The notes under the pieces: model-generated
Database searches by the model: none
Seen by the model: only the letters and a program-made list of their open reading frames with translations
What the model was told of the DNA's origin: nothing
Source: Promethearchaeota archaeon
GTDB taxonomy: Archaea; Asgardarchaeota; Lokiarchaeia; Sigyniarchaeales; SOKP01
Length of the DNA: 64,000 nucleotides
Assembly (NCBI GenBank): GCA_016839705.1
Contig: JAEOTR010000048.1
Span: forward strand, 24,779 to 88,778
Direction of reading: 5' to 3'
Shown: positions 1 through 9,426 of the stretch, in pieces
Position numbering within the stretch: the first letter of the stretch is position 1
Layout of the letters: each line of letters begins with the position of its first letter
Translations under genes and position numbers: made by a program

Positions 1-308
1 GCACCTGTTGGCTCAAGTAGGCGAGTTCGACGTTCAGGAGCAAAAACCTCCAATTGAGCCATATACTCACCCCATCTTTTATCTTGACTAGCATTAATCC
101 GAAAATTCTTCAAGGCTTGCATATCATCAAATTCAATAATTTGGATTGTTTGAAATGCCCATTCATAATACCCATTCCAAGCAGCTACTAAACGTGCTCC
201 AAGATCCTTACATGTAGGCACCAGCAATTCTTGAGCGATCTTAATATACTCGTCCCGAATATCAGGACTCGCCGGTGTAATATTTAAAGTTTGTTCTAAA
301 TAAATCAT
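1..308 (-). CDS. NIPSNAP-family protein (partial, runs off window start); tandem paralog of 462..1106
   Basis: Hand translation from ATG at 308 gives MIYLEQTLNITPASPDIRDEYIKIAQELLVPTCKDLGARLVAAW...WGEYMAQLEVFAPERRTRLLEPTG, colinear with the N-terminus of the neighbouring ORF. Not in the ORF track because it is truncated. Confidence 0.75.
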   Translation of the reverse strand, partial: MIYLEQTLNITPASPDIRDEYIKIAQELLVPTCKDLGARLVAAWNGYYEWAFQTIQIIEFDDMQALKNFRINASQDKRWGEYMAQLEVFAPERRTRLLEPTG

Positions 309-461
309 CTTTCAAATCTACCTTTACTTTAAGAAATTAAAAAGTATATAATTATATCTGATTCAAAGAAAGGTGATTATTAAAGTTTCTATAGATTTCA
401 TTTTTAAAAAATTAAAGGATAATCTTAAATAAAGAACAATTGAGATATTAGTTAAATAAAA

Positions 462-1106
462 CTATTTTAATGCAGAATATGGGAGAGGGAATATTTGTAC
501 TAAACGCTCTTTTGGTGCCAATTCTCGAAGCCTTCGAAACCATTCTTTCAACCCTTCAATAGCAGGTTCATATTCTTTTGGTATTAAAGATCCTTTCCAT
601 AAATCATTTACTTCATTTGGATTTCCAGCAATTGGACGCCAACTGGCAATAACAGGTTCATTTTTTGACAAATTTTTAACAAATTCAACAAATTCAGGCA
701 TTTTATTTGGAGTAACCTCAAGGGTTGCGAAACTATAAACCTTTAATGCTGTCTCCTGACTTTCCTCGATTGCTTTGTGGAGTGTTGCAGGCGGAATTGC
801 CCCTATTGGCTCAAATAATCGAGAGCGACGTTCCGGAGCGAATATTTCTAATTGTGTGATATATTCACCCCATTGCTGATCTTTATTAGATTTAATTCGG
901 AATTCTTTTAAGGCTTCGAAATCACTAAATTCAAAAACATGATTAACCTGATAGTACCATTCATAAGTACTAAACCAGGCAACTACCATTCGTACTCCTA
1001 AACGCTCACATACAGGTATTAATAGATTTTGACCAACCTCTACAAAAAAATCGAGAGTTTCTGGAGTAGCCGGTGTCAAATTCAAAATTTCTTGTAGGTA
1101 AATCAT
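462..1106 (-). CDS. NIPSNAP-like dimeric alpha/beta-barrel protein (two domains)
   Basis: Two repeated units (IYLQEILNLTP...LGVRMVVAWFS...HVFEFSDFEAL...RRSRLFEP; VYSFATLEVTPNKMPEF...IASWRPIAGNPNEVNDLW...ERLVQIFPLPYSAL) with the NIPSNAP-type PxxYSxL ending. Confidence 0.65.
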   Translation of the reverse strand: MIYLQEILNLTPATPETLDFFVEVGQNLLIPVCERLGVRMVVAWFSTYEWYYQVNHVFEFSDFEALKEFRIKSNKDQQWGEYITQLEIFAPERRSRLFEPIGAIPPATLHKAIEESQETALKVYSFATLEVTPNKMPEFVEFVKNLSKNEPVIASWRPIAGNPNEVNDLWKGSLIPKEYEPAIEGLKEWFRRLRELAPKERLVQIFPLPYSALK

Positions 1107-1237
1107 AATTCAAATCACGTTCTATTTTAATAGTCTAATTCTTTACAGCCATTTTAATATTAAGGATTTTATAGTAATTGAAAGATATAAATATCTTTAG
1201 TATCATTAAATAGTTAAATCAAATGGGAATTAATTAA

Positions 1238-1831
1238 ATGCCAGTATATAGAAATATCGGCGAATTTCTCGAGTTTATTAATATTAGTAATGATGAGTTC
1301 ACTATATTCGAATGGAAACCACCCAAATCTTTTAGAAGATTTGATCTAGATTTAAATATTGTTAAAGAAAATCCTCTTAGTGATATTTTTTTCCATAAAG
1401 ACAAGGGTAATATGAAGATTGTTCACATTAGGAATAATAACCTTATATATACTGTTGGAGCTAGTATAAAAGTACAATTCCAATTATTAGAAGCTTTATT
1501 GGAGCATGTAAGTTTTAAATTCCACGAAACTTACGATATAGATGTTATTTTATCCTACAGCAACTTTAATCCTAATATTTTTAATAATTTTAAAGAAATG
1601 ATTGAAGATATTATAAAAAATTTTGCCGATTTAGATCTAGTCAAGAGAATCCAAGTTGAGTGTAGGGTTTGTCGAACTGTTCTTCCATTATTTGTAAAAA
1701 GGAGTTTTATTCAAAACGCAGAATCTTATCCCGTTCCTATTGTATATGTTCATGAGGGTCACGCTATACTATGTTTTATCGATCAAAATTTTCAACACCG
1801 TGGCGTAGAGCTTGTGAATATAACAGGATAA
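1238..1831 (+). CDS. hypothetical protein, longin-like N-terminal part plus C-terminal CxxC/HxxH putative Zn-binding domain
   Basis: 197-aa ORF. LIYTVGA...LLEALLEHVSFKF...IFNNFKEMIEDII resembles the longin C-terminal strand-helix-FxxF pattern; C-terminus CRVC...YPVPIVYVHEGHAILCFID. Confidence 0.5.
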   Translation: MPVYRNIGEFLEFINISNDEFTIFEWKPPKSFRRFDLDLNIVKENPLSDIFFHKDKGNMKIVHIRNNNLIYTVGASIKVQFQLLEALLEHVSFKFHETYDIDVILSYSNFNPNIFNNFKEMIEDIIKNFADLDLVKRIQVECRVCRTVLPLFVKRSFIQNAESYPVPIVYVHEGHAILCFIDQNFQHRGVELVNITG

Positions 1832-1979
1832 TAATAAACTAGATAATTTCCGGAGAAAATTGGCCTAAATCTAGCTTAAATGTCAAACACTTTGTAGTTT
1901 TATTATTTTAATTATAAAAAAGTAGAATCTATCATAAAGATAAGAAACAAATATAAAATTCATACTCTTTTTAATTATT

Positions 1980-3023
1980 ATGGAAGAAGATCAGAAATCT
2001 GAGGATGGCCCTTTTTTTGAAGATATTATAAAAAAAACCAAAACAGGAATAACTTTTCCAAGAAATCTCAGAGAATTATTATTTGAGGAAGACTCGGAAG
2101 TCTTTTTTAAAATTGTTGTTCCTCCCGAAAAAGATAGAATAATTTTAGAATTTTTAAGCGAAGAACAAGTAAAAGAGCTTTCTAAAGAATTAAAAACTAG
2201 AAAACCAAAGACTGAAAAAGTCCCAAGAGCACAAAAAGAAGCTAAGCAAAAAAAACCTGCCCAAGTTAGTCCTGCATGGGGGGAGTATTTTATATATGAT
2301 TTTGAGGCTAAGAATAAGATTTTACCTATATTAGAATCAGCATTTTACAAATTTGCTGAAACTCCTGTCAATTTAGAGGATGCTATGGGAAGAGTCAAAT
2401 ATGCTCTAGTTTCTTTTCTTAGTTCAACAAAAACTGAAAACGCAAAATTATATTTTTCTGTAGAAAAGTTCTTGATTGATGTAATTGATAAATTTAACCA
2501 GCCCAATTTATTAGATTGGATTTTTGAGAAGATTATTCCCAACATTGATAGTAAGTTTCTTTATGAACAAGCTTTATTAGCACTGGTGGAAGCTAGCTTG
2601 AAATTTAGGAGATGGGAAAAAGCAGAATTATATATTTTCTATGTCTTAAAAAATATTGATAATTATTCGAAATCAGAAATGTATAATATTATGAATTCTT
2701 TTAAAATGCTTGTTAAAAGTGTAAAATGGTCTGAAAGAACAGATAAAATCGATGTTCTACTTAAGGAGAAATTGATGGAGTATGAAGCAGGACTGGAAGA
2801 AATTAGTTATAAGATTCAAATTATTGAATTTTTTGAAGATTTGCAATACATAGAATTAGCATATGAACGAGCAAAAAATATCCAATTGAACTTACCTCCA
2901 GATAGTATAAAACTTGAGGATGTCCGAAAGTTAGTTAGAAGGCTACACACAACACCCATAGGAGAGAATAAACCACAGTCAAGTATTGATTTCGATTTAG
3001 AAGATGAAAGTAAGGAAAATTAA
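1980..3023 (+). CDS. hypothetical protein, AbrB/SpoVT-like N-terminus plus all-alpha (TPR/HEAT-like) C-terminus
   Basis: GITFPRNLRELL...FFKIVV...DRIILEF matches the swapped-hairpin pattern, followed by a Lys-rich linker and helical repeats. Confidence 0.5.
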   Translation: MEEDQKSEDGPFFEDIIKKTKTGITFPRNLRELLFEEDSEVFFKIVVPPEKDRIILEFLSEEQVKELSKELKTRKPKTEKVPRAQKEAKQKKPAQVSPAWGEYFIYDFEAKNKILPILESAFYKFAETPVNLEDAMGRVKYALVSFLSSTKTENAKLYFSVEKFLIDVIDKFNQPNLLDWIFEKIIPNIDSKFLYEQALLALVEASLKFRRWEKAELYIFYVLKNIDNYSKSEMYNIMNSFKMLVKSVKWSERTDKIDVLLKEKLMEYEAGLEEISYKIQIIEFFEDLQYIELAYERAKNIQLNLPPDSIKLEDVRKLVRRLHTTPIGENKPQSSIDFDLEDESKEN

Positions 3024-4280
3024 TTATTCATCACTTTCTTTATCCTTCTTCTTATCGTTTAATTCTCTTAATTCATCATCGACTCTTTTAGCTTCCTCTT
3101 CTAAAATTTTTTGTTCCTTCTGTTTAATAACCTTTTGTTTTATTTCTAGTTCTACTTGAGATAATTCTTTTTCCTTTTCAATTAACTCTTCTTTAATTTT
3201 TAGTGTCTTTTCTTTTTCTATAATTTCTCTTTCTTCCAGTTCTTTTTCTTTCTCTTCTAATTCGAGTTTTTTCTTTTTAATTTCCAAATCTTTTTTCTGT
3301 AATTCTAATTCTTTATCTAAAATTTCAGAAGCTTCTTTCTTTAACTTCTTTGGTACTTTTTTCTTTGGGACCTTCTCTATTAATATTTCCTCTTCGGTTA
3401 GTTTTGTCTCCTCTTCAAGAAGTTCCTCCTTTAATTTTAATACTTTTTCTTTCTCCAAGATAGTTTTTTCCTCTAATTTCTTTTCTTTTTCTTCCAGCTC
3501 CAACTTTTTCTTTTTGATCTCTAACTCTTTTTTTTTTAATTCTAATTCTTTATCTGTAAGTTCAGATTCTTCTTTCTCTAAATCAGATTCCTTTTTCTCT
3601 TCTGTAGCTTCTACAATTTCCTCAATTTTATCAATCGTTACAAAAGATTTTATAATATCATCCACAGAATTCTTTAGTTCATCAATTTCTAAATATTGCG
3701 AATTCTCTTTAACAAAATCAGTCAAAATTTTTGTCACTATTGAGTGAGATTTATTTCCTATTGCTTTTAAAGTCTGGATTGCCTTTTCTACAACAAAATC
3801 TTTCTCATCTATCAATTTTTGTGCGATACTCCTAATTAAAGACTCATTATCAATAGCAATATCTCCTCCGGCCATATAGATTAAAAGTTGTAAATCTGCT
3901 TCTCGTACATTTGGGTCATCCGAGTTTAGTAAATCCTCACTATACGGGAGAAATAGATCATACTCATTTTCACACATTGTTTTTAATAATAACAGAAAAG
4001 TATATCTCAATACTGAATCTTTTTTCGAAAGGTTTTCCAAGAGTGACGGAATATCGATCACAAGATTTTCAATTAAAAACCTCAATACAATTCTTCCACC
4101 ATGAAGCGATAATAGCAGTTCAATTATATTTTCTAGCCGGTCTATATAATTTTCATCAGTAGAGTCGCCAAGATAGAGGGCTATTAATTTAACGGCATCA
4201 TCAATTCTACTATCTTTTACAAATTCTTTTATTGAATTAATTTCTATAAGTTCTTTTTCATTTTCTTCCATTTTCATCAC
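3024..4280 (-). CDS. HEAT/ARM-repeat protein with long E/K-rich coiled-coil tail
   Basis: LLNSDDPNVREA and LIDEKDFVVEKAIQTLKAIG HEAT motifs; C-terminal ~200 aa almost entirely E/K/L/I. Stop codon abuts the stop of the convergent gene (3021..3026). Confidence 0.75.
   Translation of the reverse strand: MMKMEENEKELIEINSIKEFVKDSRIDDAVKLIALYLGDSTDENYIDRLENIIELLLSLHGGRIVLRFLIENLVIDIPSLLENLSKKDSVLRYTFLLLLKTMCENEYDLFLPYSEDLLNSDDPNVREADLQLLIYMAGGDIAIDNESLIRSIAQKLIDEKDFVVEKAIQTLKAIGNKSHSIVTKILTDFVKENSQYLEIDELKNSVDDIIKSFVTIDKIEEIVEATEEKKESDLEKEESELTDKELELKKKELEIKKKKLELEEKEKKLEEKTILEKEKVLKLKEELLEEETKLTEEEILIEKVPKKKVPKKLKKEASEILDKELELQKKDLEIKKKKLELEEKEKELEEREIIEKEKTLKIKEELIEKEKELSQVELEIKQKVIKQKEQKILEEEAKRVDDELRELNDKKKDKESDE
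3160..3570 (-). repeat. intragenic duplication in the coiled-coil tail (period 237 nt / 79 aa)
   Basis: DKELELKKKELEIKKKKLELEEKEKKLEEK vs DKELELQKKDLEIKKKKLELEEKEKELEER; tctaattctttatc occurs at 3304 and 3541. Confidence 0.8.
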
Positions 4281-4292
4281 ATTTTTTCCAAA

Positions 4293-5273
4293 TCATTCAA
4301 CCCAAATTATATAAAAGTCACTATAAATCCGGATTATAAAATCTAATATTCGTCTTAAATCCCTAAACCTAAGGGGTACTCTTTTCTCATCTTCAGAATA
4401 GTTACTTGTTAGAAGTGAGATAGATAAAGCAATTTCCAAATTTTGATTTTTATCCATTTGGAGATGAATTTCATCGCAGTACTGAGTTAATGCATTTAAA
4501 TCTTCCCAAAATGTATTCCAAAAATAGACATCTGCTTTAGAGTCGTTGATTTCAGCTGCCTCACTTTTTACATTTGTTAGAACATCAAAAGGGATTTTTA
4601 CAGTTATTTCTATATGTTTAGATCCATGTAACCTTAAATTTACTTCGGGAAAATAGATACCTGCATAAAGCTTACATAGACTATACAACATCTCAAGACT
4701 AACAATATTTTCGCGATTAGCATTACAAAGAACATAACCTTCATTTAAAAAGATAACATGGATTTTATCTTCGAATTTAAAGAAGAAATAATTTTCGGTT
4801 AAAAGATATTTAAAATTTTCATTTCGATTGTTAATTCTATCATCAAAAATCTTCTTAGCTTCTGCCCAATTTTGAAAGGAAATAAACTTGTTTAATTTTC
4901 GATAATCTCCATGAAAAAAAATATCTAAAAAATCAACTAAATATAAATAAGCATCATATGGTCTATATACAACTGTTTTACTTCTAAAATGTCTCTCAAC
5001 TACGCCTTTATGAACACTGTAACAGAATTGTGGTAAATCTTCTATCGTTAAATTATTTTTAATTCTCAATCTAAGTAAGAATCTTCTTGAACACATAGGA
5101 GTTAAGGTACACACTATTCTATCGCGCTCACATTCGTCAAAACATAAATTTTTGATTCTTTTATCAAGCAAATCAAGTAATTCTGATTTATCTTTTACCT
5201 CAGCTTCACTTTCCAGAAATTTTAAATAGTGTTTTGGTTCTAGGGGCATATTAATGAATTTCTTAATTTCCAT
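4293..5273 (-). CDS. hypothetical protein with N-terminal Cys cluster
   Basis: 326-aa ORF containing CFDECERDRIVCTLTPMC...FCYSVH; ends 12 nt upstream of the HEAT/coiled-coil gene, so probably co-transcribed. Confidence 0.65.
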   Translation of the reverse strand: MEIKKFINMPLEPKHYLKFLESEAEVKDKSELLDLLDKRIKNLCFDECERDRIVCTLTPMCSRRFLLRLRIKNNLTIEDLPQFCYSVHKGVVERHFRSKTVVYRPYDAYLYLVDFLDIFFHGDYRKLNKFISFQNWAEAKKIFDDRINNRNENFKYLLTENYFFFKFEDKIHVIFLNEGYVLCNANRENIVSLEMLYSLCKLYAGIYFPEVNLRLHGSKHIEITVKIPFDVLTNVKSEAAEINDSKADVYFWNTFWEDLNALTQYCDEIHLQMDKNQNLEIALSISLLTSNYSEDEKRVPLRFRDLRRILDFIIRIYSDFYIIWVE

Positions 5274-5386
5274 TTAGTCTATCTAAATCTAAGAAGAAAA
5301 AAATTTGTAATCTAATATTTTTTGTGATTTTTTTAATTAGATAAATTCTAAAGAATTATTAATTAGTATTTCTTCTTCTTTTATTA

Positions 5387-6949
5387 ATGCTAAGGCAAAT
5401 TCATATCTTTTATAATCGCGAACATATCTTTGTTAAAGATTATGCAAAAGCTTTTGGACAAATGGAATTGAGAAATGTACAAGACACCATAGATAAATAT
5501 ATGGAAATGCCCCAACCCGGCAAAACTATTAACCGGAAAATTTCTTCATTTCAAATTTTCCATAAAGGGATAGGTGAGCTCTATTTTTTAATTGTTACTG
5601 ACTTAATTGATTCTCTTCAATACATAGAAGAATTAATGGATAAAACTATTGCTATATTTCAAAAATTATTCCCAAATCCTTTAAAGATTAAAGAAACAAG
5701 TTCTGAAAAGGATGAATTCTCAAGCTTTCTTAACCAAATTCAAAGAGATTTACATTCCAAAATTTCAATAATTGGTCCTTCTTATGCGGGAAAAACTACA
5801 CTTTATAATCTATTGAAAAGTGATGATGAAAAAATCTTTATGGATTTTGCAGCCTCAACTACTGTTCAGATTGACGGTTTAGGTTTTGAGCTTTGGAATT
5901 TTCGGGTAAAGGATAATTTCTCCACCCTTTGGTCTAAATTTGTCAGAGGTTCAGATCTAATAATTTTACTGTTTAATTTAGCAAATTACAATCTGAAAAT
6001 AATCAATCATTTTCTAAGTATACATAAACTAGAAAGTAACTATGCTAAATTATTAATAATCGGAAATAAGCGAGAACTAGTAAATGATGGGGATATAAAA
6101 AGAATTAAAAATGAAATAAATATCAATGATTTTAAAGAGATTTCCTTAAACTCTCCTGATGCTAAAACTCAGATACTAGAATTTATAAAGGAGGCATTAG
6201 GCTTAAAGGAAGGATTACCCCCTAGTTTTGAAGATTCCGTAAAAGAGGCAGAAGGTTTATATAGTATGGGAAACTCCCTTCAAGCTTTAGCAAAATACCG
6301 AGAATTAGTTAAATTATGTATCGAATACCAAGATTTTGAACATATCAAACTTTTTGAACAAAAAGTTCTTGATTTAACTGCAAAATTGAAAGAGCAGAAG
6401 CAGTTAAGAAAAGAAATTGAGAAAGAAAGAGCTTTTGAAATCCCAAAAGAACTAAAATTTAAAAAGAAAATTAAAGTTAAACCATTACCTACTTCTGCGC
6501 TTCCAACGGAAATCTTTAATAAAGAGGCGGTTGAGGAAGAATTACCACCTCCATCCAAGAGATTGACTAGTGAAATGATATCGTTTCAAAAGTTAGAAAG
6601 TAAGCCAGCTGGACTACAACTTTTAAAAACTTCAGAAACATCAGCTCTTCTTAAAAAACCGTCTATACCAATAAAAACTGTCAAGGAAAAATCAAAACAA
6701 TCAGGAGTAAAAATGCCTTTAGAGCTGTTCCCCCCCCATGAAGAACTTAGTAAAGAGATTAAAAAACCTCAAACTGCAGATTTCACTCAAGAATTACAGA
6801 AAATGATCTCAGAAAAAGGAAGCTCTCTTAGTTTAGCGTTATGTGAACATTTAATTACTGAATTGGCACAATCTTTAGGAAGAGCAGTTACAATTGATGA
6901 TGTTAAATTAGCTGCAGAATTTTTTGTAAAGCAAGAACAAATGGCCTAA
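5387..6949 (+). CDS. longin-like domain – Ras/Arf/Rab-superfamily small GTPase-like domain – helical/coiled-coil fusion
   Basis: N-terminus MLRQIHIF...LYFLIVTD...FSSF is longin-like. P-loop GPSYAGKT; G3 region FELWNFRVK; LWSKFVRGSDLIILLFN; G4 IIGNKRE. TPR/MIT-like helices and a Pro/Lys linker follow. Confidence 0.75.
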   Translation: MLRQIHIFYNREHIFVKDYAKAFGQMELRNVQDTIDKYMEMPQPGKTINRKISSFQIFHKGIGELYFLIVTDLIDSLQYIEELMDKTIAIFQKLFPNPLKIKETSSEKDEFSSFLNQIQRDLHSKISIIGPSYAGKTTLYNLLKSDDEKIFMDFAASTTVQIDGLGFELWNFRVKDNFSTLWSKFVRGSDLIILLFNLANYNLKIINHFLSIHKLESNYAKLLIIGNKRELVNDGDIKRIKNEININDFKEISLNSPDAKTQILEFIKEALGLKEGLPPSFEDSVKEAEGLYSMGNSLQALAKYRELVKLCIEYQDFEHIKLFEQKVLDLTAKLKEQKQLRKEIEKERAFEIPKELKFKKKIKVKPLPTSALPTEIFNKEAVEEELPPPSKRLTSEMISFQKLESKPAGLQLLKTSETSALLKKPSIPIKTVKEKSKQSGVKMPLELFPPHEELSKEIKKPQTADFTQELQKMISEKGSSLSLALCEHLITELAQSLGRAVTIDDVKLAAEFFVKQEQMA

Positions 6950-7104
6950 TATCACTATTTATTATTATTGTTTAGTTCAGTAAAAGTTCACAATATAGTT
7001 CTTTTAAAAGTATTGAATATTGACTTAATCAATAACAAAACTTTTTTGTTTACAATTAACTAATTTTCTTAAATCTACATTAAACGTTAAAAGAGGTTTT
7101 AAAA

Positions 7105-8595
7105 ATGAGTGAAATTAATGAACTTCGAGAGTATTTTGCTGAAATAATGAGATTGAATTATATCTCATCGCTATTGAACTGGGATCAGGAAGTCAACATG
7201 ATGAATTACAAATCTGTTGATGGGAGATCAAAACAACTATCCTTAATACGTAAGTTAATTCATCGAAGAATTACATCCGAAAAAGTAGGAAAATTAATCA
7301 AAGAAGCTGAAAAACTTTCCCTTAACGAAATCGAAAGCGCTATGTTACGCGAAATCACAAGAGAATATAACCTAGAAACTAAATTACCCGAAAAATTAGT
7401 TACTGAAATTGCAGAAACTAGTGTATTGGCTGCGAAGGATTGGCAAGAAGCCAGAGCAAAAAGCGATTTTTCTATTTTTGAAAAAATATTAGAAAAAACC
7501 GTAGATTTGCAGAAAGAAAGAGCCGAGAGACTTGGTACTCATCCTGATTTATATTCGACTCTAATAGATCTCTATGAACCGGGGGTTACTTATAATTGGA
7601 TCGCTAATATTTTTAATCCCCTTAGACCAAAACTAATTGATTTTGTTAAAAAGCTAAATTCTTCTTCAGATAAACCTGATGGTTCTATATTCAAAAAGCA
7701 CTATGATGAAGATAAACAATTTGAACTAAGTAGAAAAATTATTGAAAAATTAAATTTTGATTTTGGTTATGGAAGACAGGATAAGGTAACACATCCATTC
7801 ACAACTTCGCTTGCTGCTCTGGATGTTAGAATTACAACGAGAACGACCGAACCTTTTCCAGATTGCATTACAAGCACGATCCATGAGTATGGTCACGCTA
7901 TCTATGAGATGGGAATTAAAAAAGAGCTTCACGATACGATTTTATGTACAGGTACCTCCATGGGAATTCATGAATCTCAATCAAGGATGTGGGAAAATAC
8001 TGTTGGACGAAGTAAAGAATTTTGGATGTATTGGTATCCAACTTTTCAAGAATACTTCCCCGAAAATTTAAAAAATGTCCCTATGGAAGAATTTCATCGA
8101 GCCATTAATATTGTTGAGCCATCTTTTATTAGAGTAAATGCAGATGAAGTAACATACGGTTTGCATATTATCTTAAGATTTGAAATCGAAAAAGATCTTA
8201 TTGAGGGGAAGATTCAAGTAAATGAACTACCCGAGATATGGAATTCCAAATTTGAGGATTTATTAGGAATAGTTCCTCCAAATTATGCACAAGGAGTCTT
8301 ACAGGATGTGCACTGGTCCTCTGGATATTTAGGATACTTCCCCACGTATTTTCTTGGAAATTTATATAGCGCACAAATCTATGCAAATGCCTCAGAGAAA
8401 ATGCCAAATTTACCTGATGATTACAAAAAAGGTGAATTCTCAAATTTATTATCATATTTGAAAGAAAATATTCATCAGCATGGGGCGATCTACAGAGCTA
8501 ATAATTTAATCAAAAGGGTTACTGGAGAAGACCTGAATTCAAATTACTTTTTAAAATATATTGAAGAGAAATTTACCCCAATTTATAGATTATAA
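7105..8595 (+). CDS. carboxypeptidase M32 (Taq-type)
   Basis: HPF, DVRITTR, HEYGH, HESQSR, IRVNADE, LQDVHW and GYFPTY motifs. Confidence 0.95.
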   Translation: MSEINELREYFAEIMRLNYISSLLNWDQEVNMMNYKSVDGRSKQLSLIRKLIHRRITSEKVGKLIKEAEKLSLNEIESAMLREITREYNLETKLPEKLVTEIAETSVLAAKDWQEARAKSDFSIFEKILEKTVDLQKERAERLGTHPDLYSTLIDLYEPGVTYNWIANIFNPLRPKLIDFVKKLNSSSDKPDGSIFKKHYDEDKQFELSRKIIEKLNFDFGYGRQDKVTHPFTTSLAALDVRITTRTTEPFPDCITSTIHEYGHAIYEMGIKKELHDTILCTGTSMGIHESQSRMWENTVGRSKEFWMYWYPTFQEYFPENLKNVPMEEFHRAINIVEPSFIRVNADEVTYGLHIILRFEIEKDLIEGKIQVNELPEIWNSKFEDLLGIVPPNYAQGVLQDVHWSSGYLGYFPTYFLGNLYSAQIYANASEKMPNLPDDYKKGEFSNLLSYLKENIHQHGAIYRANNLIKRVTGEDLNSNYFLKYIEEKFTPIYRL

Positions 8596-8659
8596 TTCAT
8601 TCCTTTTTTTTCTTTTGTGAAATATTTATTGTATATAGTATTAATAAAAGTAATTTCGC

Positions 8660-9256
8660 ATGTTATTACAAGTAAAAAAGTTCTCAGAAAAACTGTTATT
8701 ACCATTAGCTCGTAAAATTAAAAGAATCCCTGCTAATTTTTTTACCTCATTAGGATTATTCTTTGCTTTATTAACTTTTTTTGCGTTCCTTTTTCACAAT
8801 TTAATTTTAATTACGATTTTTTTATTTATTACTGAATTTTTCGATCAACTTGATGGTGTTGTTGCTCGACTTCAAGGACCAACACAATTGGGAGCTTTTT
8901 TAGATTCAACATTGGATAGAATCGGAGATTTCTTTATTTTCGCAGGGATTATCCTTGGTGCTTATACTACAATTGAAATAGGCCTTTTAGTTTTGATTGG
9001 TGCTTTTTTAACATCCTATAGTAGAGCAAAGATCGAAGCTTTGGGAATTGACAATCTCTATGGGATTGGGTTGATTGAAAGAACAGACCGGGTACCTATC
9101 TTATTTTTGGGATCAATTTTTCAATTTTGGTTTCCATCAGCAATTTGGTGGACGATGATAGTTTTGGCTGTAGGAACCATTTTAACCGCAATTCAGAGAA
9201 TAGTATTTGCATTTAGAAAATTTTCTAATGTTAGGCAAATAGAAGAATCAGACTAA
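8660..9256 (+). CDS. CDP-alcohol phosphatidyltransferase (archaetidylinositol-phosphate synthase/PgsA-like)
   Basis: DQLDGVVAR...GAFLDSTLDRIGD signature; SYSRAKIEALG and GLIERTDR motifs; multiple TM helices. Confidence 0.9.
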   Translation: MLLQVKKFSEKLLLPLARKIKRIPANFFTSLGLFFALLTFFAFLFHNLILITIFLFITEFFDQLDGVVARLQGPTQLGAFLDSTLDRIGDFFIFAGIILGAYTTIEIGLLVLIGAFLTSYSRAKIEALGIDNLYGIGLIERTDRVPILFLGSIFQFWFPSAIWWTMIVLAVGTILTAIQRIVFAFRKFSNVRQIEESD

Positions 9257-9426
9257 TAGCGGGATCAAAATAGAAATTAGGAGAACAAATTTTTCCTAAA
9301 TCAAAATTTAATTTTTCAAATTCTTATCAGTAATTACTTGGTTAATAATTAATGTTAAAATTATTTGTAAACCTTATTAGTAAATATAATTAATTAAAAT
9401 TGATATATTTTCGGGGTAATGAAATT

